NCBI GenBank assembly: GCA_023205875.1
Contig: CP060754.1
Location: 620,001-684,000, forward strand
Length of the DNA: 64,000 bases
Reading direction: 5' to 3'
Source of the DNA: Chloropicon primus
Lineage: Eukaryota
Shown here: positions 38,475 to 49,844 of the stretch, one piece after another
Numbering within the stretch: position 1 is the stretch's first letter
Layout: every line of letters begins with the position of its first letter
Program-made: the position numbers and the translations under genes
Notes under the pieces: model-generated
The model's input: the letters and a program-made list of their open reading frames with translations, nothing else
What the model was told of the DNA's origin: nothing
Databases searched by the model: none

Positions 38475-38906
38475 CGTCGTTTCCGCCCCCTGACCACACG
38501 CCGTTCCCCTCCACGAATACTTCAAACGAAAGACAAGAGAGAGGGAGTGCGCGTGCCCGTGCGCCGTGCGCGAGACAGGCAGAGACAGACAGAGACAGAG
38601 AGACAGAGACAGGAGAGACAGCGCGCACTCTCTCCTCTCTCCCTCTCCTCTCCGGGGGGAAATTTCGCGAGAAAGCGACGTCGAGTCGGACGGACCCTTT
38701 GCAAACCGGGACAAGGGCCCCGTGACAAAGGGCGGGGAAAACGGAGAGTTTTGGGGAGGAGCGAGAACGAGGGAGAGGCCGGGCATCGCCTTAGGCGACC
38801 CTTTCTTTTTCTTTTTTTTCTTTTTATGGAAACTTGCCCTCCTCGTTTTTCTTCTTCAGCCTGTGAAGGGGATGGGTGGTTTTGATTACCGGACCTTAGC
38901 GAACGT

Positions 38907-40913
38907 ATGGAGGAGAGGAGAGAAGTGAGGGTGATGAGAGTGCAGAGGGGGGAGGCGTGGCAGGGTCGGCCGGAGATCGTGCGCTTCACCACGAGGGACC
39001 TGGACGCCATGGACTTCGAGACCCGTGCGCGGTCTCGCCGGGTCCCCGTGGCGCTCCTAACCCTTTTCATCATCTTTTTGACCATGGGCTTCGACCTGGA
39101 GTCGGACTGGTTCGCGGGGCAGAACGGGTCGGCGAGGTACCGTTACTCCCAGCGCCTGCTTTACGACGGGAGCTCCGCGGAGAAGCGCTTTAACGACAAG
39201 CTGGACGAGGTGGAGCGGGCTCACCTGGTGAGAGTGAACGAGAAGAAGGAGAACGCCACGGGCTCCACCGCGGACGGCGTGCCGCCCCCGTTCGAGACGG
39301 ACTTGCAAGTGAACCCGGGCACGTTTGGAGTCGTTGGGGATCCCCGGGAGGCCTCCGGCGGGGCCATTTACCCGCAGAGGGAGGGGGGCGAGCCAGCGAT
39401 CGGAGCGGGAGGGGGCTCGTTCGAGACGCTGGACATAGCCAAGTCGTACAGGGGGAAGTGGTGCTTGGAGACTATAAACAAGGGGACGGAGCTGTACCCG
39501 AACGTGTTCACGTCCGACTGCGGAGCGCTTGCCATGAAGCTCACCACAGGGTCGGGAAGGAGAGAGAACTCGACCTTGACGTACGCCACGGTGGTGCTGC
39601 AGAACAAGGACAGGAGCGGCGAGCTCTCCTTGAAAATGCACGGGGAGTTCAAGACCCACAGGAACTACGTGGTGCTCCTTGGCTCCATGAGAGACATGTT
39701 CATGAAGAACAAGCCCTCGCGGGATGGGAACTCGAAGGCGGGGAGGCAGCCGCCCTATTCTGCCTGCAAAATCAGTTCCTCCTACCAGTTCTCGGACACT
39801 TTGCCGAGGCAAGAGATGGACAGAAACAGCAGCACGCTTGCTTCGGTTGGGTTCTATGACTCCCTGGAGGACGGCCTAGAAGTGGACGAGGAAGACCTGA
39901 ACCTTCTGTTCTTGGACGGCGTCATGCATAGCGAGAACTGCGGTTGGAGGCTCCACATGAACGCGACCTCCATCAACATGGACAAGACCATATCCAAGGT
40001 CACGAATTACTGCTTCATGATGGTCTCCATCGCGATCCTGCAGCTGGTGTGCCTTGTTCACCAAGTGCGGCAAGTTGCAAATCCCGGCGTCTCGCTCTTG
40101 TCCCTCGGCCAGCAGGCAATAATCGATGCGTACTTGTGCCTCATCCACCTCACAGCGGGAATTGTGGCGGACGACATGTTCAGCGCTCTGGCGACCGCAG
40201 CGTTTTGTGAGTTCGTCGTGTTTTCCATGTTCGAAATGCGGTACCTCATTGCCTGCTCACACAGCAGGCTGGGCAACCAAAGCAACTGGTTCGAGGCGCA
40301 AGCGGACATAGGAACTATCTATGGCCGTTTTTACGGCGTTCTTTTGTCGGGCATCATTCTTGTCTACGAGTTCAAAGACCACTATTTGTTCCTGACATTC
40401 CTGGTCTACTCGTTTTGGATACCGCAAATACTGAGGAATGCGATTCACGCCTACCGCCGGCCGTTGAAGCCATTCTTCATCGTGGGAATGTCGGTATGTA
40501 GGCTGATCCTCCCGCTTTACTTTTTTGGGTACCCAAACAACTTCCTCAAGGTGCCGTACAGTCCAAAGATGTGCTTCTCTTTGACGTTTTACGTGGGCGC
40601 ACAGGTGGGTCTCCTGCTTCTGCAGTACTACAAGGGCTCCAGGTGCTTCATTCCAAAAATGTTTCTTCCGGAGCAGTACGACTATCATCGGAAGCTCAAC
40701 ACTTCTCAGAGCTCTGAGCTCTGCACAAAGATTCAGGAAGAAGGGGGGCTTGATTGCGTGATATGTATGTCGTCTGTGGACTTCAAGGACCCAAAGAACA
40801 GAATGGTTACGCCGTGCAACCATTTCTTCCATAAAGAGTGCTTGGAGCGGTGGTTGAAGGTCAAGATGGAGTGCCCGACTTGCCGACGGAAACTGCCACC
40901 CGCAGAGTACTGA
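38907..40913 (+). CDS. Transmembrane RING-H2 E3 ligase (TUL1/FLY1-like)
   Basis: QQAIIDAYLCLIHL, YSFWIPQI, multiple TMs, CVICM...TPCNHFFHKECLERW...CPTCR. Confidence 0.88.
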   Translation: MEERREVRVMRVQRGEAWQGRPEIVRFTTRDLDAMDFETRARSRRVPVALLTLFIIFLTMGFDLESDWFAGQNGSARYRYSQRLLYDGSSAEKRFNDKLDEVERAHLVRVNEKKENATGSTADGVPPPFETDLQVNPGTFGVVGDPREASGGAIYPQREGGEPAIGAGGGSFETLDIAKSYRGKWCLETINKGTELYPNVFTSDCGALAMKLTTGSGRRENSTLTYATVVLQNKDRSGELSLKMHGEFKTHRNYVVLLGSMRDMFMKNKPSRDGNSKAGRQPPYSACKISSSYQFSDTLPRQEMDRNSSTLASVGFYDSLEDGLEVDEEDLNLLFLDGVMHSENCGWRLHMNATSINMDKTISKVTNYCFMMVSIAILQLVCLVHQVRQVANPGVSLLSLGQQAIIDAYLCLIHLTAGIVADDMFSALATAAFCEFVVFSMFEMRYLIACSHSRLGNQSNWFEAQADIGTIYGRFYGVLLSGIILVYEFKDHYLFLTFLVYSFWIPQILRNAIHAYRRPLKPFFIVGMSVCRLILPLYFFGYPNNFLKVPYSPKMCFSLTFYVGAQVGLLLLQYYKGSRCFIPKMFLPEQYDYHRKLNTSQSSELCTKIQEEGGLDCVICMSSVDFKDPKNRMVTPCNHFFHKECLERWLKVKMECPTCRRKLPPAEY

Positions 40914-40992
40914 GATGGGACAGCGCGCTGTGTGATTCAAAATGTTTTGTATGTCAGAGAGAATGTGTATTTTTATTATAGCTTGTTATACA

Positions 40993-42327
40993 TTATTGCC
41001 ACAAGGCGTTCCGTTTTCTCTTCAATTCATTTTTTCTTTGCTTCAGAAGCTCTATCTCCTTCTTGCTCAGTTTCTTGTTCCTTGCTCCTTTCATCTTCGC
41101 CATCTGTTCGTCGAATCTGCTCAGATCCATGTAATGCTCCAGTGCGCTTCCCTTGTACGCACTGCCACCACCATGTGGGTCAGCGCGTGCTCCTGCGCCT
41201 CCTGTGGCCTCCTGGTCTCCGCCATACCATGATGCAGAAGGTATGGCCTCATCGGGTTCGCTCTCACCGTTCAGAGCTCTCTGGTACACCGTGATCGTAG
41301 GGGCAACGCCGTAACCGACGCAGTTCTCAGGCCCACGCTCCTTCTTCCACTCCTCCAGCAGCGGCCCGTAACCGAACAAAACAGCGAACGTGACGGAGCT
41401 GGATTCCCCGACGGGAAGTTTCTGGAGGTCCCAAGACTTGCCCGAACCCTCCCAGAACGTCCTGAGCCCAACCTCCACCTCTTCCCTCTCCCCGTCCCCG
41501 CCGCCGAGTTGGCACCAAACGCGCACGTCCATCGGCATGTAAGAGACCCAGCTGTGAAGCATCGTGAGAGTGAACGGCCCTTGTGTGCAGCGGCTGATGT
41601 CCTCGTAGTACCAGACCTCCCTTTCAGAGGCGGAAGGCACTGGTGCAGCATGATGTGGACTTCCACCCTCTGGCTCAGCTGTTACTCCCTCCCTGGTTGT
41701 CTGCTCGCCAACATTCTGGTACACCGTGATCGTAGGGGCAACGCCGTAACCGACGCAGTTCTCAGGCCCACGCTCCTTCTTCCACTCCTCCAGCAGCGGC
41801 CCGTAACCGAACAAAACAGCGAACGTGACGGAGCTGGATTCCCCGACGGGAAGTTTCTGGAGGTCCCAAGACTTGCCCGAACCCTCCCAGAACGTCCTGA
41901 GCCCAACCTCCACCTCTTCCCTCTCCCCGTCCCCGCCGCCGAGTTGGCACCAAACGCGCACGTCCATCGGCATGTAAGAGACCCAGCTGTGAAGCATCGT
42001 GAGAGTGAACGGCCCTTGTGTGCAGCGGCTGATGTCCTCGTAGTACCAGACCTCCTCCTTCTTGGATGCGTCAGGAGCTCTCGACGCCCCGTGGTCCCCG
42101 GCGGGATCCTGCTCAGCAGGTGCTGAGGCCCCCTGATCAGCAGGTGCTGGCCTCCTCGGGGTCTCGTAGTAATCCAAGAAGGTTCCAAAGTCGAGATTTC
42201 GGGCCCTATCATCCTCTGTCACCTTGTCTTCCACTTTCCAGTGCTTGGCTGCACGGCCTTTCACGGATTCCGCCGCAAGAGCCACGGCTCGCTTTCTCGC
42301 CTCACGATCCTCTCCCCCCATCCCCAT
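40993..42327 (-). CDS. GYF-like domain protein with duplicated domain
   Basis: WYYED...QGPFTLTMLHSW x2. Basic C-terminus. Confidence 0.7.
   Translation of the reverse strand: MGMGGEDREARKRAVALAAESVKGRAAKHWKVEDKVTEDDRARNLDFGTFLDYYETPRRPAPADQGASAPAEQDPAGDHGASRAPDASKKEEVWYYEDISRCTQGPFTLTMLHSWVSYMPMDVRVWCQLGGGDGEREEVEVGLRTFWEGSGKSWDLQKLPVGESSSVTFAVLFGYGPLLEEWKKERGPENCVGYGVAPTITVYQNVGEQTTREGVTAEPEGGSPHHAAPVPSASEREVWYYEDISRCTQGPFTLTMLHSWVSYMPMDVRVWCQLGGGDGEREEVEVGLRTFWEGSGKSWDLQKLPVGESSSVTFAVLFGYGPLLEEWKKERGPENCVGYGVAPTITVYQRALNGESEPDEAIPSASWYGGDQEATGGAGARADPHGGGSAYKGSALEHYMDLSRFDEQMAKMKGARNKKLSKKEIELLKQRKNELKRKRNALWQ
41280..42055. repeat. ~341-bp direct repeat (41280-41620 and 41715-42055)
   Basis: Copies look identical by eye and give identical translations. 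Offset 435 nt, in frame. Confidence 0.93.
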
Positions 42328-42454
42328 CGCACCGAGGCTACGCTGGTCCGTGCAGTGACATCGCCAAGTCGCCGTCCCGTAGTGAAAATTGGGCGAGGCG
42401 CCGCCTGGAGTTTTGGAGGGGAGCAGGAACGAGGGAGGGGAGGGAGGGGAGAGA

Positions 42455-44464
42455 ATGTCGAGAGTAGAGGGAGACTTTGTTTTCGGGAGGCATGTGGATG
42501 TCGTCGGGGTGTCGTGCGGACCGAGCGAGACGGCCTTGGTGACGCTCCACAAGGGTGGGGTGATTCAGCATAGCCTGACGACGCAGGAGCAGGTCCAGAG
42601 TTGGACGCTTGGGGGCTCTGCCTCCCGGAAGATCGTCTCGAACGCGACTTACGTGCGCTCGAAACAGGACGTGGTTCACTTCGCCGCGATCGTGCAGGAA
42701 AGGAAGAGGAACTATTTATGGTTGTGGGACCAAACGAACTCGAGCGTGAACGAAGGAACCAAGCACAGCCTGAACTCCTCGGAGAAGGCGACCGTTTTCG
42801 CAGTCGACGGGGTGAAGAAGACCCCTGAGTTCTTCCTGATCGCGACTTACGACGGAAAGCTGGCCAAGCTCGAGCCGGGCTCGGACTTGTCCTGGTTTCA
42901 GCAAGGCTCGTCGGTCCCGGAAGGGGCCAAGGTGCTGGACATTCAGCTCTCTTATGTCGAGAACGTGCCGTGCCTGTGCTATCTGTACAAGCAGGGAGGG
43001 GACAGGAAGGTGAAGGTTTGCCGGGTCGTGACCTCTGGCAAATCATCGTCCGCTGAAGCGGCTTTCACGCACGGCGGTATCGGGGACGTCCCGGAGTTGG
43101 GAGCTTTCAAGGAGGGGAAAACGTGTGTAGTGAACGCAGATGGGGTTCTGACAATCTTGCAGGGTCAAGGCACCGGGAAGGAAGTCGCCGGGGAGGCTCT
43201 TTGCACGATAAAGGAGTTGGCGGGCACGGCATGTGTGTTCCTGACACCCACTCAGGTGGGAATCGTCGGTCTGTCTCGTGCCAAGGGAGAGTCCGATAGG
43301 ATCTCTCTCACTGTCGTGGACGCGGAGTACAAGTTGGTGTTGCACCAGTACTTCACGAGTGACGACAACTCTTTGGCCAAGGGGGAATATTTGATTGGGG
43401 TACAAGTCTTGAACGAGGACACAATATTGGTCGCAACGAACAAGAAGCAATTTTGCTTCAAAGTAACTCTGGGGGAGATGAACTTCAGCACAGTATTGGG
43501 GGCCCTCAAGAAGAAGGAGAGCCAAAAGAGCCGGTTCGTGGACTTTGGATCGGTGGAAGAGACCGCGCAGCCGCGCCTCACGACTGTTCCGGCTGATTCC
43601 ATGTTCATCAGTCCGCCCCAAAGAAACTCCTACGACATTTGCGAGCGCTTGGAACCCAAGAACTTTGATTTCGCGGATCACACTGACGAAGTGGCGAGCC
43701 TCAAAGACCGCTTTGGGACGAGAGACCTCAGCAACAGCAAGGCCTTCCTGCAGAAGCTCGGTCAGCTTCTAAAGACCGACGGTGGCCTGTTCTCGGAAGG
43801 GTTCATCGCATCGCTGTGGGAGGAGTGCCTGCGGCTCAGCTGCTGGGAAGGCGTGGAGCTTCTCCTGTCTCGTGGCATGGTCAATGGTGGGTCCCACGTG
43901 TGCCTCATCCTGAAGAAGCTGCTCCAGATGTCTCAGTACAAATACTTTGACGCTGTGCTGAGAGTCCCTTCGACTATCTCCGAAAAGGATCTTTACGACA
44001 TCCTCGTCGCTGTGCTGACTTGCGACATGGGCGACGCGGGGGTGCAGTCCTGCTTGATCTCCCTATGTGTATGTGGAAGCGGCAGGTTTAGCAAGGAGTC
44101 GGTGACAAGCGCCGTGAAGAGGCTGAGCATAAAGGAAGTGATCGCCCTGATCAAGACCTTCCACTCGAACTTGAAGGACGAAATCACAAAAGATGAGGAG
44201 AAGGACAACAAGTTAGTGGGCGGGATCGTTGTCTTCGTGTCCTCCATCATTGACGCTCATTTGACGTCCTTGCTGCTGTCGAAAGAGAGCCATGACGTCG
44301 TTGAGAAGCTCCACGAGCTCGTGGGGGTGCAAATCCAGTACGAGAAGACTATGGCAAAGCTTGCGACTTACATCAAGCACCTCCAGAGCGTGGAGCCCCT
44401 GCAGGAGCACACTGCCAGTCACTCCAAGGACTTTGCGGTGGAGATTTTGAACATTAATGTGTAA
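42455..44464 (+). CDS. NOL11/UTP8-like nucleolar protein
   Basis: Beta-rich N-half, helical C-half with IIDAHLTSLLL and terminal VEILNI. TGTAA overlaps the stop codon. Confidence 0.55.
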   Translation: MSRVEGDFVFGRHVDVVGVSCGPSETALVTLHKGGVIQHSLTTQEQVQSWTLGGSASRKIVSNATYVRSKQDVVHFAAIVQERKRNYLWLWDQTNSSVNEGTKHSLNSSEKATVFAVDGVKKTPEFFLIATYDGKLAKLEPGSDLSWFQQGSSVPEGAKVLDIQLSYVENVPCLCYLYKQGGDRKVKVCRVVTSGKSSSAEAAFTHGGIGDVPELGAFKEGKTCVVNADGVLTILQGQGTGKEVAGEALCTIKELAGTACVFLTPTQVGIVGLSRAKGESDRISLTVVDAEYKLVLHQYFTSDDNSLAKGEYLIGVQVLNEDTILVATNKKQFCFKVTLGEMNFSTVLGALKKKESQKSRFVDFGSVEETAQPRLTTVPADSMFISPPQRNSYDICERLEPKNFDFADHTDEVASLKDRFGTRDLSNSKAFLQKLGQLLKTDGGLFSEGFIASLWEECLRLSCWEGVELLLSRGMVNGGSHVCLILKKLLQMSQYKYFDAVLRVPSTISEKDLYDILVAVLTCDMGDAGVQSCLISLCVCGSGRFSKESVTSAVKRLSIKEVIALIKTFHSNLKDEITKDEEKDNKLVGGIVVFVSSIIDAHLTSLLLSKESHDVVEKLHELVGVQIQYEKTMAKLATYIKHLQSVEPLQEHTASHSKDFAVEILNINV

Positions 44465-44527
44465 TTATTATACTTTACGACGAAGAAGACAAGACCTCTT
44501 TTTCGTTTGTAGTGTCGAAAGATGTGC

Positions 44528-44611
44528 AAAGATGTCTGCAAGATGACTAAAGATGTCTGCAAGATGACTAAAGATGTCTGCACGATGACCAAAGATGTCT
44601 GCACGATGTCT
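44528..44611. repeat. 21-bp tandem repeat x4 (AAAGATGTCTGC[A][A/C]GATG[A/T]C[T/C])
   Basis: Units at 44528, 44549, 44570 and 44591. Partial copies flank both sides. Confidence 0.92.
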
Positions 44612-44777
44612 AATCTGTAAAGAGATTGTCTGCACCTTTTTTCCACTGATAATCGAAATCCAAGAATCCAAAGGTCACGTGGTTTTGGTGGTAACGGAAC
44701 GGCGGTGTGCGCTCCCACACACAGAAAAGAAGAACGCCTTGGCGACCAAGACCGACCGAGACCGAGAGAGAAAACAC

Positions 44778-45614
44778 ATGACGAGATCGAGTTCGATAGT
44801 ATTGCTGCTCCTCCTTGCGGGGTCGGCATTCTGTTGTGCAACGATGGTTGCTGCTTCTGCGACTGACGATCACGACGAGGACCACCACAAGTGTGCCTGT
44901 GAGGCGAGGAAGTACGGTGTTTCGATCTCGTGCACCTCGCTGAATGTGATGCTGGTGGAAAAGGCTATCGAGCACCTGCAGCTGCCTTCGAACAATTGCA
45001 ACGCAACGAAGAACGCCTGCCCTGGACACTTCTTCCTGCTCCAAGCTCACCACGATTTCTGCCCTCACGATGTCTTACCAGCAGCGGCGGAGAAACTGAT
45101 TCACGATTACGAGGACAACTACGAGGAGTGCGAGATCGCGAGGCAGTACGACGTGAGCTTGCCAAACTGCGAACCTGTGAGCTGCGCAGACCCTTCCCTT
45201 TTCACGAATGCGGTGACGACGCTTGCCAACAACAACTGCAACACTACTTGCGGATCCCCTGTCTGCAAGGCTGCCATCCAGACCCTCCTCATGGGACACG
45301 ACAGCTGCGACCATGACGAGCTCACAGAAGAAGCTGAGAAGGGTCTCCACGATTACGAGGAAGCCTGCGAGGACTTTTTGTGCAACACGCGCACCAGCTT
45401 GTACGACCCGAGCAAAGAGGTCTGCCCCGGAGATGTGCACGATGATGATCACAGAATTCTCGCTGCAACGAAGAGCGACGACGACGTCAAGCTGGATGTT
45501 GTCATCGGTATTGTGTGTGGTATTGGATTGCTCTTGATCGGAGTCGCGGGCGCCATGGTGTTCTTGATCCAAAGAGAGAAGAAAGGCAAGCCCGTCTTCG
45601 CTGCTTTGGTCTAA
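44778..45614 (+). CDS. His/Cys-rich type I membrane protein, candidate metal-binding surface protein
   Basis: Signal peptide, DDHDEDHH, duplicated H-D-x-C-x-H-D...HDYE module, C-terminal TM and REKKGKPVF tail. Confidence 0.65.
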   Translation: MTRSSSIVLLLLLAGSAFCCATMVAASATDDHDEDHHKCACEARKYGVSISCTSLNVMLVEKAIEHLQLPSNNCNATKNACPGHFFLLQAHHDFCPHDVLPAAAEKLIHDYEDNYEECEIARQYDVSLPNCEPVSCADPSLFTNAVTTLANNNCNTTCGSPVCKAAIQTLLMGHDSCDHDELTEEAEKGLHDYEEACEDFLCNTRTSLYDPSKEVCPGDVHDDDHRILAATKSDDDVKLDVVIGIVCGIGLLLIGVAGAMVFLIQREKKGKPVFAALV

Positions 45615-46166
45615 AATCCAACGACGCCTAAATAATTTTCAGCACCCTGTCGCAAAGTTTCCTTTCTCGCTCCTTCATCGAGTTAAGTTCGTTCCTGCTG
45701 GAAAGGATGCCGAGCCCCAAATCAGTTCTCATCCCCCCCTTGTCCTCTCCATCTTCAAAAATACCCCTCTCCTCAGATCCGATCACCATCGCTCCCGCCA
45801 GTTCTGCGATGGAGGAGGGCGACGACGGGCCGCCCACTTCAACAAGTGCGTTCCTGCCGTACAGACCGCCGACAGCGCCTGATCCGAGCGACCTGTCCGG
45901 GGAATGGAACGGCGGGAGGCGAGGAGGGCGACGGTTCGCACCGCACAGACTCATCCTGCGCTGCACCGCAGGCCTACGGGCTCTGCAGGAGAGGAGGCTC
46001 GAGTCACGAACGCCAGGTGGGTGATTGTGGAGTGGATGATCATATTGCGCGGCCGATGCGAGGGGTCCTTGGCTCCTCTCAGCGCACCCCTTTCGCGCCC
46101 CTCTCTTTCTTCGCACCCCTTTGTTTCTGACCCCAGTGTCTTGCCTGTGCACGGGTCTGCTCTGTT

Positions 46167-47803
46167 GTGGATGACAACAACACAGACTCGAGGTCGAATT
46201 ACTCCACAGGCGACGGTTCGATCGACGCGAAGCAGCTTCTGCCTCTTCTGGCCTCGAGGTACCGGGTGAAGGGTGTGGTCGGGGAGGGGACCTCGGCAAA
46301 GGTAAGCTTGGCCTTGTCAGAGAGAGAGGGAGAGAGAGGGAAAGAGAGTTGGGAGCATCGTGAGGTTTCCAGTATTTGCCCACATTCGAGCTCCAAGCGA
46401 CGGCTGACTCGTCCTTGTTTCAGATCCTTCTTGCAGAGGACGTCTACAGCAAAAGCGGTAATAGGAAGGTTGCCATCAAAGTGTTCAGGAAGAGCTACTA
46501 CGCGGCGGGGCTCTATGAGGCGTCGGTCCTGCGTTATCTGAATTATCTGGATCCGGAGGATTGCTGCAGTTGTGTGAGAGTCTACGACTGCTTCACCTTC
46601 GCGGGCCATGCGTGCGTTGTGATGGAGAAGCTTCAGGGCACTTTGATCGACCTGATGGTCAAACTCTCCGGGATGCGAAAGAGGAAGAGGGCAGGCGTCG
46701 TGAGGAAGGTGGCTGCCCAGGTGCTCGCCCTTCTGGCACTGATGCACTCGCGGGGCCTCGTGCACTCCGACCTCAAGCCGGAGAACATTCTTGTGGAATC
46801 CTACTTCGACGCCGAGGAGGCCGAGGAGGCCGCGGTGAAAGTGAAGGTGGTAGACTTTGGGAATTGCTTCCCCGTGCCCGATGGCAAGGACAAGGGGGGT
46901 TGCAGCGGCACGATTCAGACCTTGCCTTACCGGGCGCCAGAAGTGTTCCAAGGGAGGGAGGCTCGCAGCAGCGTGGACATGTGGTCGCTGGGGTGCATTC
47001 TGGCAGAGGTGTCCCTCCTTTCTCCTCTCTTCCCTGGAGATTCGGAGGAAGCCGTCTACAGGAAGATCGAGAACTTGTTGAGTCTCCGCCCCGGGAGGCA
47101 GGCCGGGGCGGCGGGCATGATGCCAGAGCACCACATCGCGAAACGTTCGACCGCATTTTTTCAACTGTATGATAACCTCGCGAAGACGGACGTTCAGCTC
47201 GCGGACTTTGTGGATCGGCTGCTCAAGATGGACCCAGAGACGCGCCTTGGGGCCAAGTTTGCCTTCGGGCACTCGTTCCTCCAGCCCCTTTTCTCCTTTC
47301 GGACCACCTTTGATTCGGGCCTCGGACGTCCCGGCGCGAGATCGCCAAGAGAGCCAGCTACGGTGTTGCCGAGCGGCGCAGCTCCCACAGAGGGTTGCGA
47401 CGCCCCGGGGGGACGGGGGCACCAACCGCCATTCCCGGACCGCGCAGAAGACCACAATGCCTCTGGAGATGCCTTTTCTTGCAAGAAGAGCGCCAACCTC
47501 CTCGCGAAGGCAAGCGAGGACGACACGGGGATCAAGGTGTTTGACCTGCTGCGTGGGGGCGAGGGGGATGGCAATCTCGCGAGCCCGGTGGACGACTGGA
47601 GTGACGAGGACGAGGACGAAGACTTGGAGTTCGCGAACAGGGGGAACAGGAACCGCAACAGGGAGCAGGTCCTGGACTCCCCGAGGGCCAAGCGCCAGAG
47701 GAGGGGGGTGGAGGGGGGAGACGCCCCCCCCCAGGCAGCCTCGCGGAGGGCCAGAGGCAGGAGGACCAGGACGGGGAGCGGCAAGGAGTGGTGGAAGGCG
47801 TGA
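46167..47803 (+). CDS. CMGC (DYRK-like) protein kinase, intron 46302-46423, true start unresolved
   Basis: GEGTSAK, VAIK, HSDLKPENIL, DFGN, IQTLPYRAPEV, DMWSLGCI. Confidence 0.8.
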
Positions 47804-47983
47804 GGGGTGCTTTTCAGAAAGACAAAAACATGTGATATTTACGATTTATGTACATGTATAACGAGACAGAAAAGATAAAACACAGCATCCACGCAAAATC
47901 GCATACTGGAGGGGGAACCCCCCGAGTACTCTGAAATCTCGTCCCTGGTTGGTTGGTTGGTGCTCAGAGCCCCAGACCGCGTT

Positions 47984-48663
47984 TTAGATCTTGTTGATCT
48001 TCGAGGCCACGACCTTCGGGTTGGCCTTGGCAATACCTTCACGCCCCGCTAGCTTATAGTCGTAAGGACAGTCGTGCTTGTCCGAGTAACGGTGCTCCGA
48101 GCAAAAGATGTACCCGCACTTGCAGGTGAACCCGGTGAGCCCAATCTTTTTCCTGCAAGAGTAGCAGCGGTTTTTGTGCTTCTGGGGCGGTCTGCTGGGC
48201 GACGGGGCCACCGCGGCCTCCGCCTGGGGCTTGGCCTCCGGCTCCTCGGCCGGGACCACCTCGCACTGCGGCTCCGGCTCCAGGGGCTTTGGCACGGCCG
48301 AGGTCCCCGCAGGCACGCAGGTGGTCACCCCGGCGAACGTGTCTCTCTTGACCTGCTGGACCTGCTGGACCTGCTGCGAGGACGACTCCTGCTGCTTGGC
48401 GTTCGCCCTGAAGCAGGAGGAGCACATGTTCAGGTTCGCGGGGTTTCTGTGAGGTCGGGCGCGGGGAGGGGGAAGGCAGGGGGCGAGGTCAGTCAAACGG
48501 GCCGGGGCAAGCGGACAGGCGTTAAAACCGACGAAAGAAAAAACATTTCGGAGCAGCTCCTCCGCGAAAAAACAACTCACCCGAAAAACTCGTTGCACTT
48601 GACGCAAAGCTGCGGCTGCACGGGCTGCACGGCCTTCTCCTGGTTTCCCGAGTGGTCCGTCAT
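47984..48663 (-). CDS. A20/AN1 zinc-finger stress-associated protein (exons 48663-48581, 48446-47984)
   Basis: [21 protein letters not shown] (A20). [29 protein letters not shown] (AN1). Confidence 0.92.
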
Positions 48664-49117
48664 CTCTCTCAAGTCTCTCCCTCTCCGCTCGCTCGGCTCA
48701 CAACCTTCCCTTCTTTTTGAATGAAAATGAAGAAGAAAAAAAACGAACCTGCCGCGCGCACCGCACCGCACCAAAAAATACTAGGGGCAGCGAACAAAAA
48801 AAAAATACAAGAACGACGACGACGCGCTCGCTCTCTCCTTCTCCGCCCGAAACCAACCGTGCGTGCTCGTGCGCTCTCTCTCCCTCGTGGTCTCACGCGT
48901 TCTGTCTCCGTCCTCGTCCTCGTCCTTTTGGGTCCCCTCCTGACCTGACCTTGTCTCACACGAAGGGTGGTGACCAAAAAATCCATGACGCGACAGAGAG
49001 GGGGTCAAGATAACGTTGGTTGGTTGGTAGGACAAGGAGTGTAATTGTTTGCACCTTCAGAGAGAGAGGAGGGAGAGAGCGCGACGTTCGCAGAGTTGTT
49101 GTGAAGAGGGGTTTATC

Positions 49118-49686
49118 ATGGCGACTTCGATGAGCGTGGACGACGTGGAGAGGAAAGAGGAGGAGGAGTTCAGGACGGGTCCACTTTCGGTGCTGACGAC
49201 TTCGGTCAAGACGAACACTCAGGTACGTGAGCGCGGCATTGTGTTTCGCGTGGTCTTTCGCTCTCTTCTTCTTCTTCTTCCACGAACCAAGTTCAAGTTT
49301 CGCGGCTGCTTGGATCCGCGCCCCTCCGAAGGGGCTGCCTGGCCCGGTCACGTCTGACGAGAAGAAAACACGTTGCGATTCTGCTCTCGAACCACCCAGG
49401 TCCTGATCAACTGCAGGAACAACCGCAAGCTCCTCGCGAGGGTGAAGGCCTTCGATCGGCACTTCAACATGGTCCTGGAGAGCGTCAAGGAAATGTGGAC
49501 GGAGGTAAGGGTAACTGGTCCCGCTGCTGACCGCTTCTACGTTCTGACTCCCCGTTTCTCTTCTCCAAGGTTCCGAAGACGGGCCGGGGAAAAGCGGCCT
49601 CCAAGCCCATCAACAAGGAGAGGTTCATCAGCAAGATGTTTCTGAGGGGGGACTCTGTGATTTTGGTCCTGCGGAACCCAAAGTGA
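49118..49686 (+). CDS. SMD2: Small nuclear ribonucleoprotein Sm D2 (3 exons)
   Basis: [55 protein letters not shown]. Confidence 0.95.
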
Positions 49687-49844
49687 TCCGGGCTGCGTTT
49701 TCTTTCGATACAATAACGCAAATAGTATATAAAAACACAAAGTCAACCAGAAACTCTCAAATCCTCGCCCTCGCGTCGTCCCCTCCACCAAGCCCACGAA
49801 AAAAAAACACACACACGGTCGCGCTCGCGTCGCTCGGCTTGCTC

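Noticed and set aside
44528..44611. CRISPR-like array
   Set aside because: Units are head-to-tail with no unique spacers, and there are no cas genes. It is a simple minisatellite.
45707..46136. Separate small gene or first kinase exon
   Set aside because: No ATG-initiated frame could be spliced in phase to the kinase exon, so it is left unresolved.
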